Below are positions 19,816 through 28,050 of a stretch of DNA of 49,681 nt, one piece after another. The DNA is taken from the NCBI GenBank assembly GCA_947447835.1, contig CANFLP010000001.1, forward strand, positions 1 to 49,681, written 5' to 3'. The notes under the pieces are model-generated. The model was given only the letters and a program-made list of their open reading frames with translations. It did no database searches and was not told the origin of the DNA. Origin of the DNA: Bacteroidota bacterium (GTDB lineage: Bacteria > Bacteroidota > Bacteroidia > Chitinophagales > Chitinophagaceae). The position numbers and the translations under genes were made by a program. Position 1 is the stretch's first letter. Each line of letters starts with the position of its first letter.

Positions 19816-21663
19816 TTATTTTCTAAACGAATATACGACACCAGCCATTAATTGAACGCCTAATGAAGGATAATCTGCCCAACGTTCATATGGTTTGTCT
19901 AATAAATTCTCGCCTTTTATCCAAGTACTCCAATTTTGTGTTAATTTATAAGTAAACCCTGCATTTAAAATTAAAGTGTTTTTTAAATCATAAGGCATGG
20001 ATGATTCATTAAACACAGTTGCACCTGTCCAATATTGTAAGCCAGCATCAACTATCCATTTATTACTAGGAATCCAACTAAAAGTAGAACTTAATGTAAG
20101 CGGCAAAATACCCCAAGGTTTTGCATTCTCTTCTAATGAATTAAATTGAATGTATTTAAAGTTATTCTTCACTAATAATTTATCACTAAACTGATATCTC
20201 AATTGAGCTTCTAGTTCGATAGTAGTCGCTTTCTTTTCAAATATCGTATTGTAAAGTAATCCAAAACTATTTCTGTTGGTATTCATTAATTTATTAAATA
20301 GCGGCAAGTCCTTGTAATTATTTAAAGAAAAAGTGAATCCATAGTTTAATCGTTTACCCGCGTTTACTGCTACTTCAACAAATTTTTGTTCCTTAGTAGT
20401 CATTTCAATATGAGTAGGTACAGCAATCCAAGGATTCATACTTACCAAGGAAGTGTATTGGTTGTTAATAGTATGTGTGTGCCAACCAGCTGTTAAAGTA
20501 TAACTAGTATCTTTTAACTTCTTTTTAAATTCAAGAATTGGGTATAATTTGAATTCACTATTTTCTACGGTTGGGCTCATGCCAATAATAAACTCACTAT
20601 TCAATTTATTAAATTCAATAGATGGATCAAATCTTAATTCAGTATTTTTATTATGTATCGACGTTGTTGGGTTAAATTGATTTAAGCTATATGAAATATT
20701 GAAATTTAATTTCATTTCATGTTTTAAATCAATATGCATTGGGCTTTTGAAATATAACCAGTTATTGGTTGCACCAGCCAAGCCTTCAAAATGTTCAATA
20801 TTTAATGATGGCTTATAATGTATTAATGAATGTTCGGAATTGTATTTCATTAAACTAAATGAAGCACCTGAATGAAAAATGTTTTGTCGATAATTTGAGA
20901 AAGGTAAAATAGTTTCATCGGGCACTAATCCATAGCGATATTTAGCGCTTTGTTTATAGAAAACCTGTGTTTCAATATGATTATTGTTATTGATTATAAT
21001 ATCTCCTAAGTAATTAATACCTAAATCATGCATGCTTTGTAAATGGTGCGTACCAGTAACTGATTCATTAGTAAATTCAAATGAATGGCTGTTATTATAA
21101 GCATCCATTGTATTAAAGTTCAAATTTAAATATTGATGTAAGTAATTGCCATACCCTACTTTAGCAGTAACAATTTTCTTAAAATAGTTAAAAGAGTCAG
21201 TTTTATACGCTCTTGGTACTAAAGAAATAGGACGATAATGAAACGATAAGTTTTGACTAGGTACTTGGTAGCTTAGATTAAGGCTATTTGTATCAGTTTG
21301 TGCACTCGCATTGTCAAATCCAATTTTGGCAACATTCTTTAATTGTGGCTTAAATGCGGATAAGATTGTAACTACTTTTTCAGGTATTGAATCCGATTTG
21401 TTGGTTTTTAAATCAGCATTCGCATTTTTTAATAAAGTATTTAGGTTGGCTACTTCATCAAATTGTTCCACTTTAACCTTTACTTTATGTTTTGCACTTT
21501 TCACTTTTTTGCTACTAGTTACTTTTTTAGTTTTACTTGTCTTCGCTTTCTTTGAAGTGTTCACCGTATGTTGCTTTTTTTTCTTTTGAGCAAAAGTTGG
21601 TGAAATTGTATAAAAAAGTGTGAAAGTTAATAGTATATATTTAAATAGCTGCTTCATATTCAT
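19816..21663 (-). CDS. Outer-membrane beta-barrel protein (TonB-receptor-like C-terminus) with a Lys-rich N-terminal extension
   Basis: Signal peptide (TFA|Q), amphipathic beta-strand pattern, C-terminal ENLLDK.Y..W..YP..G....G..YSF. Confidence 0.75.
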   Translation of the reverse strand: MNMKQLFKYILLTFTLFYTISPTFAQKKKKQHTVNTSKKAKTSKTKKVTSSKKVKSAKHKVKVKVEQFDEVANLNTLLKNANADLKTNKSDSIPEKVVTILSAFKPQLKNVAKIGFDNASAQTDTNSLNLSYQVPSQNLSFHYRPISLVPRAYKTDSFNYFKKIVTAKVGYGNYLHQYLNLNFNTMDAYNNSHSFEFTNESVTGTHHLQSMHDLGINYLGDIIINNNNHIETQVFYKQSAKYRYGLVPDETILPFSNYRQNIFHSGASFSLMKYNSEHSLIHYKPSLNIEHFEGLAGATNNWLYFKSPMHIDLKHEMKLNFNISYSLNQFNPTTSIHNKNTELRFDPSIEFNKLNSEFIIGMSPTVENSEFKLYPILEFKKKLKDTSYTLTAGWHTHTINNQYTSLVSMNPWIAVPTHIEMTTKEQKFVEVAVNAGKRLNYGFTFSLNNYKDLPLFNKLMNTNRNSFGLLYNTIFEKKATTIELEAQLRYQFSDKLLVKNNFKYIQFNSLEENAKPWGILPLTLSSTFSWIPSNKWIVDAGLQYWTGATVFNESSMPYDLKNTLILNAGFTYKLTQNWSTWIKGENLLDKPYERWADYPSLGVQLMAGVVYSFRK

Positions 21664-21666
21664 TGT

Positions 21667-24600
21667 TTACTTATTGTTTGAATTATCCACCAATAATTTT
21701 AATTTATTACTAGCTTCTATCTTTAAATCTTCGATTGTAGCATTTTCAGCTATACTTTTATAAGTTGCTATTGCATTAAAATTGTCTTTTTGAGCAACAT
21801 ATATATCACCAAGCAACAAGTACGTTTTAGTGACCCAGTATTCATAGGAAGCTTGCTTTTTAATCACTTCAAAAGATGTTTTTTCGGCTAAAGCAAATTT
21901 CCCTTCATCTAAGTATAATTTTGCAAGTAAGTAATGTGCTTCAGCAGTAATTACAGAAGTATTGTATTTGATAGTCTTATTTAATAATTGAATAGCACCA
22001 GAAGTATCACCGTTCATTACACTATTGTGATACAAAGCCATATTTGCCATTAATAAATCATCGGTGGCCGATGTTTTATCTTGAATTATTTGAGTTGCTA
22101 TTTTAGCACAATCAGCCCATTTCTCATTTTTATATTGACATCTTAATAAACCTTTTAAGGCTTCATTTTTATTTTCTTGTTGAGTAGCAATGCCAGTTAA
22201 TATGGTAAAATATTTTTCAGCTAGCTCGTATTGTTTAAGATTAAAATAATTTAATCTAGCTGCTAATAGAGCAGCTCTTTCTGCAAATTTGTTGGGAGAT
22301 TGATTAGCTACTTTCCCAAAATATAATGCTGCTGTATCATATTGTTGTAAAGAATAAGCAATTTCTGCTACTATATTATTGGCATCTAATTGATATTTGC
22401 CATTTGGAAATTGGAATAGATACTTACTTAAACCTTGAGCAGCTTCATTGTATTTTTTCTGTTCATATTTAATAATAGAAGCTCTATAAGTTAAGGAGTC
22501 TTGCTCATTATTTGAGAGTGGTCTATTAAAGTCATTCATAAATTGAACAAATAGTTCTGGCGTTTGATCTTCAATAAAAATATTCCTTACAAATTCAATA
22601 GAATTATCGGTTTCAGTCGACTTAGGGTAAGCAGTAAATAAGTCTTTGAATGTTTGCAGCGCAACTTGATTTTTATTCAAGTTGAAATAAACAATACCTA
22701 ATTTATAATATGCTTGTGGATAGTAACTTTTTGCTTCCTTATCTAATAAAACCTTAGTTAAAGGTGCAATTGCTTCTTGAAAGTTTTCATGATTAGAGTA
22801 GGTATCTGCTAATTCCATGAAAGCATCATTAATGTAACCTGAATTAGGAAACTGGGTATCAAATTCTTTTAAAATTTTGATTTTATCATTAATTTGACCC
22901 ATTCCACCCTGAATAATCGCTTTTTGTAAAGTAGCATAGTCGGTATACACCCATTTTGCATCAATTACTTTTTGATAGGATTGTAATGCAACTTTAAACT
23001 GTTTCAACATCATTTGACAATCGGCAAGTCTAACAAATGCATCTTGTTGATAGGCATCAATCATATTGGAATGATTATGATTGGCTACATATTGGAAATT
23101 TTCATACGATTTTTGAAACCCCCCTTTCTTTAAATAACAATAACCTAAAGTATACCTAGCATGACGTTGATTTACTTCGCCCATTTCAATAGGATCAATC
23201 AAAAAACGTTCTAAAGTTTCAATGGACTCATTTATTCTTCCCATTTTGTAGGAAAGCTCCCCTATCCAGAATTGAGTTTGTGGGAGCACCTTAGCATTGT
23301 ATGGTGTGTTTAATAATTGATTCAATAAGTTATAAGCTTTTTCAACTTGTCCATCATTAATATAAACAGTTGATCGGCCGTATAAAATATTAGGATATAA
23401 TTTCAATAATTCAGCTGATGGCTTTTCAACACTCTCAAATGCTTCTAATGCCTGTACAAAATTATTACTCAATGTTAAGGAAGTAATCCATAACGATTTT
23501 GCTTCTTCGGCATAAACAGACTGAGGATAAGCAGTCATAAACTTATCTAAAGTATTTACAGCATTGCTATATTCTTTTAATTCTGCAGTAAGTTTAGCAT
23601 AATTGAATAAGGATATTTCCTTTTGAGAAAGATTTAAACTTTTTGAGGAGCAAATCATAAAGGCATTTTTAGCGCCTTGTTTATTGTTTACATTCAAATA
23701 AGAAGTTGCCAATAAATACATACTATTTTGGCCTAATGAATCTTCAACATTTGCTAGATCCTTAAATCCAGGTATTGCCTTATCCCATTCCTTTGCTTGA
23801 AAATAACAAAATGAAAGTTGATATAAATCCTGTGGGTCAACTTTGTCTTGAACGGCTACATATCCAGCTAAATAAGGCAATGCTTTTGCGTACTCTTTTT
23901 TCTCAAATAACAAATGCCCCAATAATTGTTTTAACTGAAGTTCATAAAATTGACCTGGTGTAGAAAGCGCCTTCTCGCAGTTTTGCATTGCAGCATTAAT
24001 GTCTCCTAAAAAATAATAAAGCTGGCTAATGTAAAAAGGGGTTAATTTACTATAAGCCTTATTGATTGAGGCAATTTGAAAATATTTAAGTGCAGTATTA
24101 AACTCTTTTTTTTCTAAGGCTATAAAACCTGCATAATAATTAGCGTCAGTATAAAAAGGATTGTCTGGTATCTGCCTAACTGAATTTAATAAAGTTGTTG
24201 CTTTATCCCAATTGCCTAGCTTAAAATGTAAATAGCCTTGCTCGTATTTCATTAGAACAATTTCGTGATTCTCCAAGTCATCAATACTAACATGGGTAAA
24301 CCATTCTAATGACTTGTTGTCGGAATGTTTTCTGAAATAATATTTGCCTAAGTTAAAAGACAATCTTGACTTATAAATTCGATTGCTTGTTGATTCAATC
24401 CATTTAGTTGCATTTATATCCGCAACTGGTTTATCTAAGGCTAATGATAAAAGATGGTAGTAATAATTAACATCTTCTTGTTGATGAGAAAAAGTATGAG
24501 CCGATTGTATATATTGATAAGCAGTTAAAGTATCACCTTGTTTTAAAGCATGTAAACCTTTTTCAAACACAGATTCCATTGGATGTTTGTAATCCATTGT

Positions 24601-24690
24601 TTGTCCATAAGCTAACTGAATAGAAAGACAAGCAAAGACCGAGAAAAAGGTAAAAATTGAAGCAATTCGATTTTGTAACATATAGAACAT
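21667..24690 (-). CDS. Large secreted TPR-repeat protein
   Basis: 1007 aa, signal peptide (AYG|Q), many TPR repeats (ANYYAG, ARYTLGYCY, AYYKLGIVY, AHYLLA). Confidence 0.9.
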   Translation of the reverse strand: MFYMLQNRIASIFTFFSVFACLSIQLAYGQTMDYKHPMESVFEKGLHALKQGDTLTAYQYIQSAHTFSHQQEDVNYYYHLLSLALDKPVADINATKWIESTSNRIYKSRLSFNLGKYYFRKHSDNKSLEWFTHVSIDDLENHEIVLMKYEQGYLHFKLGNWDKATTLLNSVRQIPDNPFYTDANYYAGFIALEKKEFNTALKYFQIASINKAYSKLTPFYISQLYYFLGDINAAMQNCEKALSTPGQFYELQLKQLLGHLLFEKKEYAKALPYLAGYVAVQDKVDPQDLYQLSFCYFQAKEWDKAIPGFKDLANVEDSLGQNSMYLLATSYLNVNNKQGAKNAFMICSSKSLNLSQKEISLFNYAKLTAELKEYSNAVNTLDKFMTAYPQSVYAEEAKSLWITSLTLSNNFVQALEAFESVEKPSAELLKLYPNILYGRSTVYINDGQVEKAYNLLNQLLNTPYNAKVLPQTQFWIGELSYKMGRINESIETLERFLIDPIEMGEVNQRHARYTLGYCYLKKGGFQKSYENFQYVANHNHSNMIDAYQQDAFVRLADCQMMLKQFKVALQSYQKVIDAKWVYTDYATLQKAIIQGGMGQINDKIKILKEFDTQFPNSGYINDAFMELADTYSNHENFQEAIAPLTKVLLDKEAKSYYPQAYYKLGIVYFNLNKNQVALQTFKDLFTAYPKSTETDNSIEFVRNIFIEDQTPELFVQFMNDFNRPLSNNEQDSLTYRASIIKYEQKKYNEAAQGLSKYLFQFPNGKYQLDANNIVAEIAYSLQQYDTAALYFGKVANQSPNKFAERAALLAARLNYFNLKQYELAEKYFTILTGIATQQENKNEALKGLLRCQYKNEKWADCAKIATQIIQDKTSATDDLLMANMALYHNSVMNGDTSGAIQLLNKTIKYNTSVITAEAHYLLAKLYLDEGKFALAEKTSFEVIKKQASYEYWVTKTYLLLGDIYVAQKDNFNAIATYKSIAENATIEDLKIEASNKLKLLVDNSNNK

Positions 24691-24772
24691 GTTTAATAAT
24701 ATCCTAAAATTAAGCCCTCTTTATACAACGTTAGGTTAAATAGACATATTGTGGAAAAACAGATTGATTGCG

Positions 24773-24780
24773 TAAATTTG
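24773..24780 (+). promoter_or_regulatory. Candidate -7 element (TAAATTTG) for the thioesterase gene
   Basis: Exact TAnnTTTG 27 nt before the ATG at 24808, with TTG 21 nt upstream. Confidence 0.55.
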
Positions 24781-24807
24781 TCAACAAATACAATAAATCA
24801 CTATTAT

Positions 24808-25218
24808 ATGTACGAACACAGCACAACTGTAAGAGTTAGATATGCCGAAGCTGATCCTATGAATGTTGTTTACTACGGCAATTATGCTCAGTACTTTGAA
24901 GTAGCCAGAGTCGAAAGCCTACGTGCGCTAGGTATTAGCTATAAAACAATTGAAGATATGGGCATTATGTTGCCTGTTGTTGAATTAAACATAAAATACC
25001 TGAGACCTGCCAAATATGACGATTTGTTGACCATTAAATCATCTATCAAAACCTTGCCTACAGATCATCGTATACAGTTTGATCAGGAAGTTTATAATGA
25101 GTCTGGTAAATTGTTGACCATAGGAATAGTTAAATTGTATTTTATGGATAAGGATATGAGTAAACGAGCAGAAATGCCACCACTTTTAAGAGAAAAACTG
25201 AGCCCCTATTTTAGTTAA
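24808..25218 (+). CDS. Acyl-CoA thioesterase, YbgC/4HBT family
   Basis: VRVRYAEADPMNVVYYGNY..YFE.AR; ATG at 24808 preferred over the GTG at 24751. Confidence 0.92.
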   Translation: MYEHSTTVRVRYAEADPMNVVYYGNYAQYFEVARVESLRALGISYKTIEDMGIMLPVVELNIKYLRPAKYDDLLTIKSSIKTLPTDHRIQFDQEVYNESGKLLTIGIVKLYFMDKDMSKRAEMPPLLREKLSPYFS

Positions 25219-25275
25219 AATCCCCCAATTTTAGATTATTTTGGTTTACTTTGCAGCCTAATTAATTCCTATTGA

Positions 25276-26532
25276 ATGAATTCAATTCATGCGTCGATTA
25301 TTACTATTGGAGATGAGCTATTAATTGGTCAAGTGATTGATACTAATAGTGCTTATATTGCTCAAGCCCTTAACTCAATTGGGGTTGCTGTAAAAAACAG
25401 AATAGCAGTTGGAGATTCAAAGGATGCCATAGTAACTGCTTTAGAAACTGCTGCTAAACAGAGTAATATTATTATTATGACTGGGGGTTTAGGGCCTACA
25501 GCAGATGATATTACAAAGCCTTTATTAAATGAATATTTTGGAGGGAAGTTAATTGTACACCAACCTACCCTAGATCATATTACGGACATTTTTGTGAATA
25601 AACATAAGCGTCCGATGATTGAGCGTAATCGTAAGCAAGCCGAAGTGCCTGATGTTTGTGAAGTGTTGTTTAATGAAACAGGTACGGCACCAGGTATGTT
25701 GTTTAAAAAAGATAATGTTTATTATTTTTCACTTCCGGGAGTACCACATGAAATGAGATTTCTAACAGATAAACATGTAGTTCCAACAATTCAGCAACAC
25801 TTTTCTACAAAACCAATTATACATAGAACCTTATTAACGGCAGGTTTAGGAGAATCCTTTTTAGCTGAAAAAATAGCTGATTTTGAAAACGCTTTACCAG
25901 CTGATATCAAATTGGCTTATTTGCCAAATTTTGGAATGGTTAGATTACGTTTAACAGCAACAGGAATTGATGAAAATCAATTGAAAATCAATATCGACGA
26001 ACAGTTTGCTAAACTTATACTTGCAGTTGGAGAATATTTGGTAACAGATAAAGACGAAAATATGGAAGTGGTCGTAGGACGACTACTTAAAGAAAAGCAC
26101 CAAACTGTTTCAACCGCCGAAAGTTGCACAGGAGGTTATATTGGTCATTTACTATCTAAACATGGTGGTTCCTCTCAGTTTTATACGGGTGGTATTATTA
26201 GTTATGATAACCGTATAAAAACTGAATTCTTAGACGTATCGGATGATATTTTACATACTGTTGGGGCTGTTAGCCAAGAAGCTGTGGAGCAAATGGCAAA
26301 ATCGGTAAGAGAAAAGATGAATACCGACTATGCAGTTTCGGTTAGTGGAATCATGGGCCCATCAGGTCAAACTGACGAAAAACCCCTTGGAATGGTATGG
26401 ATTGGGGTTGCAAACAAAGAAAAAGTGGTTTCTAAAGTGTTTTATCTAAGATTTGATCGATTACGCAATATTGAGGTTACTGCCAACCAAGCTATAAATT
26501 TACTTAGGTTGTTAATAATCAATAAGATTTAG
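25276..26532 (+). CDS. cinA: CinA family protein (MoCF-like domain plus NMN deamidase PncC domain)
   Basis: IGDELL.G...DTN, GGLGPT.DD, GTAPG, LPGVP.EM and TAESCTGG. Confidence 0.95.
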   Translation: MNSIHASIITIGDELLIGQVIDTNSAYIAQALNSIGVAVKNRIAVGDSKDAIVTALETAAKQSNIIIMTGGLGPTADDITKPLLNEYFGGKLIVHQPTLDHITDIFVNKHKRPMIERNRKQAEVPDVCEVLFNETGTAPGMLFKKDNVYYFSLPGVPHEMRFLTDKHVVPTIQQHFSTKPIIHRTLLTAGLGESFLAEKIADFENALPADIKLAYLPNFGMVRLRLTATGIDENQLKINIDEQFAKLILAVGEYLVTDKDENMEVVVGRLLKEKHQTVSTAESCTGGYIGHLLSKHGGSSQFYTGGIISYDNRIKTEFLDVSDDILHTVGAVSQEAVEQMAKSVREKMNTDYAVSVSGIMGPSGQTDEKPLGMVWIGVANKEKVVSKVFYLRFDRLRNIEVTANQAINLLRLLIINKI

Positions 26533-26535
26533 TCC

Positions 26536-26543
26536 TATTTTTG
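26536..26543 (+). promoter_or_regulatory. Candidate -7 element (TATTTTTG) for the E2 gene
   Basis: Exact TAnnTTTG 16 nt before the ATG. Confidence 0.6.
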
Positions 26544-26559
26544 CTTAAAATTACCCCAT

Positions 26560-28050
26560 ATGCCTCTTGTTGATTTGGTGATGCCTAAACTGGGTGAAAG
26601 TATAATGGAAGCGACCATTTTAAAATGGTACAAGCAAGTAGGTGATTCTATTAATCTTGATGAGAATTTATTAGATATAGCTACCGACAAAGTGGACAGC
26701 GAAGTGCCTTCTACTGTTGGTGGAATTATTAAAGAAATATTATTTGAAGTAAATGCGGTGGTTCCTATTGGAACTGTTATTGCAAGAATTGAAACTGCTG
26801 GAACAAATGAAATACCTGCTAAACCTATTGCTCCTATTTCAAACCCAATTCAAACAACTGAATCTACACAAGTTACTACTCCAATAGTAAATGCACCTGT
26901 TACTGAAACTAAACAAGTTGTAGAAGTTCCTTTTACACCAGCTCCAAGTGCACCGGTTCAAATGGAAGCTCCCGTTACTGGTGAGACTAAATTTTATTCT
27001 CCATTGGTACTCAATATTGCTCAAAGTGAAGGAGTAGGTTTACACGAATTACAATTTATAAATGGCACGGGTAGTCAAGGAAGGGTCTCAAAAAAAGATA
27101 TTCTAAATTATGTAGCTGCTAAAAAAGCAGGTACTTTACCAGCAATAATACAAACAACTACTACATCAACTCCGGTTGCATCTCAGCCTATAAATGCCAT
27201 ACCAGTTGTACCTACACAAACAAGTACACCAAGCAAACCTTTGGATCAACTATTAAGTGACCAAGGTAATTTTATGGCACAATCTAGCTCGGCTAAAATT
27301 GCGAATCCGGATGAGGTAATTATCACTGGCAATACTGAGATTGTAGAGATGGATAGAATGCGTAAGTTGATTGCTAAACATATGGTGGATAGTGTTCAAA
27401 CAAGTCCGCATGTAACATCATTTGTAGAAGCCGATGTTACCAATATGGTTGTGTGGAGAGAGAAAGTAAAACAATTATTTGAAAAAAGAGAGGGCACAAA
27501 ACTTACATTTACGCCAATGTTCTTTGAATGTATTGCTGCTGCTTTAGAAAAATTCCCAATTGTAAATAGTAGTTTACAAAACGATCAAATTATTTACAAG
27601 AAAGATATCAATATTGGAATGGCTACTGCCCTACCTACTGGAAATTTAATTGTTCCTGTAATTAAAGGCGCCAACCAATTAAGTATTGTTGGATTAAGTA
27701 AAGCTGTAAATGGCTTGGCAAATGCAGCAAGAAATAATCAATTAAGACCTCAAGATACACAAGGCGGCACTTTTACCGTAACCAATGTAGGTACATTCGG
27801 AAGCCTAATGGGAACGCCAATTATTAATCAGCCGCAAGTTGCTGTATTAGCATTAGGTGCCATTAAAAAGCGTGCAGTAGTGGTAGAAACGCCTCAAGGA
27901 GATGCTATCACGGTTAGACATATGATGTACTTGTCCATGAGTTACGACCATCGAATTGTTGACGGTGCAGTAGGTTCCCAATTTTTATCTGCCGTTGCTA
28001 AAGCATTTGAAAACTGGGATCCCAACAGACAATGGTTTCAATACGTTTAG
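26560..28050 (+). CDS. 2-oxoacid dehydrogenase E2 (dihydrolipoamide acyltransferase)
   Basis: Lipoyl domain (MPKLGES, ATDKVDSE), E3-binding domain (GTG..GRV.K.D) and catalytic YDHRIVDG; which complex it serves cannot be determined by eye. Confidence 0.95.
   Translation: MPLVDLVMPKLGESIMEATILKWYKQVGDSINLDENLLDIATDKVDSEVPSTVGGIIKEILFEVNAVVPIGTVIARIETAGTNEIPAKPIAPISNPIQTTESTQVTTPIVNAPVTETKQVVEVPFTPAPSAPVQMEAPVTGETKFYSPLVLNIAQSEGVGLHELQFINGTGSQGRVSKKDILNYVAAKKAGTLPAIIQTTTTSTPVASQPINAIPVVPTQTSTPSKPLDQLLSDQGNFMAQSSSAKIANPDEVIITGNTEIVEMDRMRKLIAKHMVDSVQTSPHVTSFVEADVTNMVVWREKVKQLFEKREGTKLTFTPMFFECIAAALEKFPIVNSSLQNDQIIYKKDINIGMATALPTGNLIVPVIKGANQLSIVGLSKAVNGLANAARNNQLRPQDTQGGTFTVTNVGTFGSLMGTPIINQPQVAVLALGAIKKRAVVVETPQGDAITVRHMMYLSMSYDHRIVDGAVGSQFLSAVAKAFENWDPNRQWFQYV

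Noticed and set aside
26800-27330. Pro/Thr/Ala-rich low-complexity stretches in the E2 gene
   Set aside because: Normal flexible linkers between E2 domains; no true tandem DNA repeat.
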